Part shown: one piece after another, positions 60,216 through 64,000 of the stretch
How positions within the stretch are numbered: the first letter of the stretch is position 1
Layout of the letters: the number at the start of each line of letters is the position of its first letter
From: an uncultured delta proteobacterium
Lineage (GTDB): Bacteria; Myxococcota_A; Polyangia; Fen-1088
NCBI GenBank assembly: GCA_963737265.1
Contig: CAVTRY010000016.1
Location: 128,001 to 192,000 of the forward strand
Length of the DNA stretch: 64,000 nucleotides
Reading direction: 5' to 3'
Position numbers and translations under genes: made by a program
The notes under the pieces: model-generated
The model's input: the letters and a program-made list of their open reading frames with translations, nothing else
Databases searched by the model: none
Told to the model about the DNA's origin: nothing

Positions 60216-60312
60216 GCGCCCTGTCGTCCCGGTCGAGATTGGCGGAAATTGGCGTAAGGCTGGCAACTCAAGTATCGGCTCGCTTGGCCGATAACCTTAA
60301 GGGTACGTGCCC

Positions 60313-60888
60313 ATGAAGCGACTCCCTCTTGTCCAGTTTCTGCTCATCGCGGGCATCGTGGCAACGACGAGCGCTCCTCAAGCGTCCATGTTGCGCACCA
60401 TGAGCCTTGCCGAGCTGGTGACAGCGGCGGACCAGATCGTGGTCGGCAGGATCGTCTCGGTGAATGCAGCCTGGGATCCTGCGCATAGAAAGATATTTTC
60501 CACTATCGAGGTCAAGGTCGAAGAAAGCTGGAAGGGCTCCGCCAACGGACTCGTCACCATTGTCCAACCCGGCGGCACGGTTGGCGAAATCGAGATGACC
60601 GTGCATGGAATGCCGAAGTTCACGGTTGGCGAAAGGTCGCTGCTCTTCCTGCAAGGCCGGGCTCGCTTCCAGGTCGTGGGCATGTCCGAGGGCGAGCGTC
60701 CATTGTCGTGGGATGCAAGCAGCCAACAATGGCTGGTGGAATCCGCCGATGTCGCCGAGGTCGTCGAGGTCGGCCGCAACGGAAAATTTCATCAAGCCAG
60801 GCCTGCGGCAAAAGTCGCACTGGATGAGTTTCGCGATCGGGTGCGCAATCGGGTGCACAATCGGGTGCAGATGATGAACGGGCAGTAA
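60313..60888 (+). CDS. Secreted hypothetical protein upstream of the matrixin
   Basis: Signal peptide, SLAELVTAADQIVVG, PGGTVG..GMPKF..GE..LLFL. Confidence 0.75.
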   Translation: MKRLPLVQFLLIAGIVATTSAPQASMLRTMSLAELVTAADQIVVGRIVSVNAAWDPAHRKIFSTIEVKVEESWKGSANGLVTIVQPGGTVGEIEMTVHGMPKFTVGERSLLFLQGRARFQVVGMSEGERPLSWDASSQQWLVESADVAEVVEVGRNGKFHQARPAAKVALDEFRDRVRNRVHNRVQMMNGQ

Positions 60889-60891
60889 GCC

Positions 60892-61818
60892 ATGGTGAAG
60901 CTGCACCCTGGTGTACTCATGGCGACTGTCGTTGGTGGCCTCGTTCTATCGGCCCCACGCGCTCAAGCGTACGTCCGCGCGGTCACGGAAGCCGGCGTTC
61001 CAACGTGGTGGCGAAATCCGTGCGTCACGATGGAGCTCTTTCTCGGTGGAGATCCGCCTCCGCCGACCATGACCGCGGACCAGTATCTCGACGCGACTCG
61101 ACTGGCAGGACGGGCTTGGAGCTACCCCGCCCTGACCTGCACCGATCTGTCGATCAGCGTCCAAAAAGAATCCCAGGCGACCGCTGAGGTCGGCCTCGAC
61201 CTCAAGAACGTTATCGTTTTCCGTCGGGACACTTGGTGCGAAAATTCCGACGCGACCGAGGGCCCTTGCTATCCGGCCAACGCTCTCGCGGTCACCACGG
61301 TCTTCAAAAGCACGACGACGGGCGAGATCGTCGACGCCGACATCGAGCTCAATGCGGTCAGCATTTCCTGGGCCGACCTCGTCGCCAACCCCGCCCTGGC
61401 GGAAAATCCCGACACCGCCGACCTGCAAAACACGCTAACCCATGAATTCGGCCACGTCATCGGGCTTGCCCACCCCTGTTACAGTCCGAACGATGGGCCT
61501 ACTGTCCTCGATGACAACACCGGAAACCCAGAGCCCGACTGTTCAAGCCCCAATTTGCCGCTATCGGTGACCGAGGCGACCATGTACCCCGTCGTTCCCA
61601 TGTCCGATACCCAGCGACGCACGCTATCGCCCGACGATCAGGCCGGCATCTGCGATATCTATCCCTACACCTTCGCCACGTGCCCGTCCGGTGCGGCTCA
61701 GGGCTGCGCCGTGGTTGCCCCTGCCGCCAATCATCGAAGCCGAAACTGGTCACCTGGTCTCGTCGCGGGCACGGCAGGCCTACTGCTCGCGTTCGTCTTC
61801 CGCCGTTCGCGTCTTTGA
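60892..61818 (+). CDS. Matrixin-family (M10-like) metalloprotease with a MYXO-CTERM-like tail
   Basis: DADIELN, THEFGHVIGLAH, Met-turn ATMYP, C-terminal GC..hydrophobic..RRSR. Confidence 0.88.
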   Translation: MVKLHPGVLMATVVGGLVLSAPRAQAYVRAVTEAGVPTWWRNPCVTMELFLGGDPPPPTMTADQYLDATRLAGRAWSYPALTCTDLSISVQKESQATAEVGLDLKNVIVFRRDTWCENSDATEGPCYPANALAVTTVFKSTTTGEIVDADIELNAVSISWADLVANPALAENPDTADLQNTLTHEFGHVIGLAHPCYSPNDGPTVLDDNTGNPEPDCSSPNLPLSVTEATMYPVVPMSDTQRRTLSPDDQAGICDIYPYTFATCPSGAAQGCAVVAPAANHRSRNWSPGLVAGTAGLLLAFVFRRSRL

Positions 61819-61859
61819 GGATCCCTCGCCCACGGGCGGCGGTGTAACCTGCGCCTGAC

Positions 61860-62933
61860 GTGCCACTCGACATCCGCCCATTCGTTCCGCTGGCCCCGTA
61901 CACGACCCTCGGGTTGGGCGGCGCCGCGCGCTATTTCGCGGACGGCGTCGATGCCGCCCGCTTGCTCGAAGCCCTGCGCTGGGCGAAGGAGCGAGCCGTC
62001 CCGGTCTTCATCCTGGGCGGCGGGTCGAATTTAGTGGTGGCCGACGATGGTTTCCCCGGGCTGGTGTTGTGCATGCGCATGCGCGGACGCGCGTGGAGTC
62101 AGCGGGCGGGCGAAACGTGGGTTGACGTGCAGGCCGGCGAGGCCTGGGACGATGTCGTGGCCGAAGCAGTCGGCCGCGGCGCCGCGGGCATCGAGTGTTT
62201 GTCGGGCATTCCTGGCAGCGCGGGCGCCGCGCCGGTGCAGAACATCGGCGCCTACGGTCAGGAGGTTGGCGAGACAATTCGCCGCGTGCGCGTTCTCGAT
62301 CGCCGCACACTCGAAGCTCGCGATATCGACGCCAGTCGATGCGTTTTCGGCTATCGCGACAGCATTTTCAAGCGCGAGCCGGACTCGTTCGTCATCTTGT
62401 CGGTGACGCTCGGGCTGGCCACCGGTGGCGCGGGCGCCATTCGCTATGGTGAGCTTGCTTCGGCATTCGCCGGCCCCGCCCACCCCACGCTGGCCGAGAT
62501 TCGCGACGCCGTGCTGGATTTGCGGCGCAAGAAATCCATGGTGCTGGAGAAGGCAGATGAAAACCGACGCAGCGCCGGTTCGTTTTTCACCAATCCCATT
62601 GTCTCGGCCCACCTGGCGGACGACATCGCCCTGCGCGCGGTCGCTGCCGGCCTCGTCAACGCACCGGAAGAAATGCCGCGCTTCCCGCTTGCCGACGGCC
62701 GAGTGAAGCTGGCCGCTGGCTGGCTCATCGAGCGCGCCGGCGTGACCAAGGGTTTTCGCATGGGCGCGGTGGGAATTTCCTCGCGCCACGCGCTCGCGCT
62801 CGTGCACCACGGCGGAGGAACGACCGCCGATCTCGTGCGGCTGGCGCTGCACGTGCGCGCCGCGGTGAAGGATCGCTTCGGCGTCGCGCTCGTCCCCGAG
62901 CCGGTATTTCTCGGTCTGACGTGGCCGACGTAA
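61860..62933 (+). CDS. murB: UDP-N-acetylenolpyruvoylglucosamine reductase
   Basis: LGGGSN, GIPGSAGAAPVQNIGAYG, SAGSFFTNP, HALAL, EP. Confidence 0.96.
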   Translation: MPLDIRPFVPLAPYTTLGLGGAARYFADGVDAARLLEALRWAKERAVPVFILGGGSNLVVADDGFPGLVLCMRMRGRAWSQRAGETWVDVQAGEAWDDVVAEAVGRGAAGIECLSGIPGSAGAAPVQNIGAYGQEVGETIRRVRVLDRRTLEARDIDASRCVFGYRDSIFKREPDSFVILSVTLGLATGGAGAIRYGELASAFAGPAHPTLAEIRDAVLDLRRKKSMVLEKADENRRSAGSFFTNPIVSAHLADDIALRAVAAGLVNAPEEMPRFPLADGRVKLAAGWLIERAGVTKGFRMGAVGISSRHALALVHHGGGTTADLVRLALHVRAAVKDRFGVALVPEPVFLGLTWPT

Positions 62934-63006
62934 CCCGCGCGCCGCCCCCGTCGCGGACCACAAGGTGCGTGCTCCGTCCGCGAAAGTGGTGCTAGGATGG
63001 CCGGCC

Positions 63007-63555
63007 ATGAAGCCAAGCCGCATGCTCATCACCAGTTCGACGCTGTTTGCTGCTCTCGCGATGGCAGCGTTCGTCCACCCATCGACGACGCAAGCTGCAC
63101 CGCCAACGGCGCCGGCCGCCGCACCCGCCGGAAATTGCAAGACCTACGGCGCAGGCAAGTGTTGTAGTCCGGACGTTACCCTGCACCTCAACAAGGAAGC
63201 CATCTACGCCGCCTGCGGCGAGTCCGACGCCACCTTCTTGGGCGAGGAAGCGTCGAAGGAAACCTGCAATTTCCACTTCAAGGTCGCGGGCGAGAACGCC
63301 GACGACACCACCGTTCAGGTCTACTCTCCGGTCGTCAAGGAAGTGCTCGACAAGCCCACCGACCCCTTCATGAGCTTCAAAAAGGTCGGCAAGGTGTGGG
63401 TGACCGACAAGGCAAAGTCGCCCAAGGCCGCCGCGCAGGTCGTTGCCCGAACCGGCCTGTACATGGCGGGCCGTGGCTTCTTCGTCAGCGTTTCGGCGTC
63501 GACCAAGGTCTGCACCAAGAACGAAGCCATCACCCTTTCCAAGTCGATCAAGTAG
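63007..63555 (+). CDS. Secreted Cys-containing hypothetical protein
   Basis: Signal peptide, strong GC3 bias. Confidence 0.75.
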   Translation: MKPSRMLITSSTLFAALAMAAFVHPSTTQAAPPTAPAAAPAGNCKTYGAGKCCSPDVTLHLNKEAIYAACGESDATFLGEEASKETCNFHFKVAGENADDTTVQVYSPVVKEVLDKPTDPFMSFKKVGKVWVTDKAKSPKAAAQVVARTGLYMAGRGFFVSVSASTKVCTKNEAITLSKSIK

Positions 63556-63564
63556 TCGGCGACC

Positions 63565-64000
63565 ATGGCCCTGGCCGGGCTGCTGGTGTTCGTCGCGGGC
63601 CTGTGCCTGGGTCCCGTGCAAGAAACGGATCTGTTTTTTCGCCTGGCGGCCGGCGGGGAATTTCTGCGCACCGGCACGCTCGTTCACAGCAACTTGTTTT
63701 CCTTCACGTTCCCGAACCAGCCCTACCTCGACAGCGCCTGGCTCTTCGACGTCGCCACGGCGATGCTCTACCGGCTGGGCGGTTTTCCCGCCATCGTCAT
63801 CGCGAAAACGACGATCGTCCTCGCCATCGTGCTCGTCGCCTACCGGCTTTGCCGCCGCCGAGGAGCCGGGACGATCGCCTCCGCCGTGGTCTTGGCGCTG
63901 GCCTTTGCGTGCATGCGCGAACGTCTGGTCGAGCGGCCGCACATTTTCTCTCTTCTGGGTGAAGTCGCCGTGCTCGCTTTTCTTCCCGCCCTCGCGTGCG
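63565..64000 (+). CDS. Membrane protein, GT-C-like (3'-partial)
   Basis: Open to the window end: ETDLFFRLAAG..NLFSFT..WLFD..ERPHIFS. Confidence 0.7.
   Translation, partial: MALAGLLVFVAGLCLGPVQETDLFFRLAAGGEFLRTGTLVHSNLFSFTFPNQPYLDSAWLFDVATAMLYRLGGFPAIVIAKTTIVLAIVLVAYRLCRRRGAGTIASAVVLALAFACMRERLVERPHIFSLLGEVAVLAFLPALAC

Noticed and set aside
1-64000. rRNA, tRNA, reverse transcriptase/DGR, T6SS structural genes
   Set aside because: No recognisable signatures by eye; small RNAs cannot be excluded without covariance-model searches.

Overview
GC-rich bacterial window, probably Myxococcota (inferred from the Cys/Thr-rich lipoproteins, a MYXO-CTERM-like tail and a GspE-N protein). 1-15.4 kb is a polymorphic-toxin island with three Rhs toxin/immunity pairs (a RES/ART-like tip, an ADP-ribosyl-cyclase-like tip with an Imm74-like partner, and an unassigned tip) plus a decayed fourth Rhs. 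Each pair is followed by an array of co-oriented, non-palindromic GCTTGGGTGGTGCCAGGGTCTTTCTGAAAAC repeats, then a HUH/Y1 (RAYT-like) transposase copy. The conserved leader of that element is fused in frame to the next, 5'-truncated Rhs gene. This repeated unit is the best candidate for an undescribed system (HUH-driven toxin-cassette capture or shuffling); the mechanism is inference only. One transposase copy carries an IS3 insertion. The rest of the window holds housekeeping and accessory genes: a methyltransferase, amtB, dgt, GH8 and GH5 lipoproteins, a MATE exporter, a Ni/Co and Fe homeostasis cluster (cbiMQO, TonB receptor, ferritin, Fur, porin/FMN-binding protein/ApbE, NikR), aceEF, two paralogous RTX lipoproteins, a matrixin and murB. 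Three separate +1 frameshifts share the context GCTCGA(A)CG, which suggests a motif-linked sequencing artefact. All family calls come from motif recognition by eye, not database searches.
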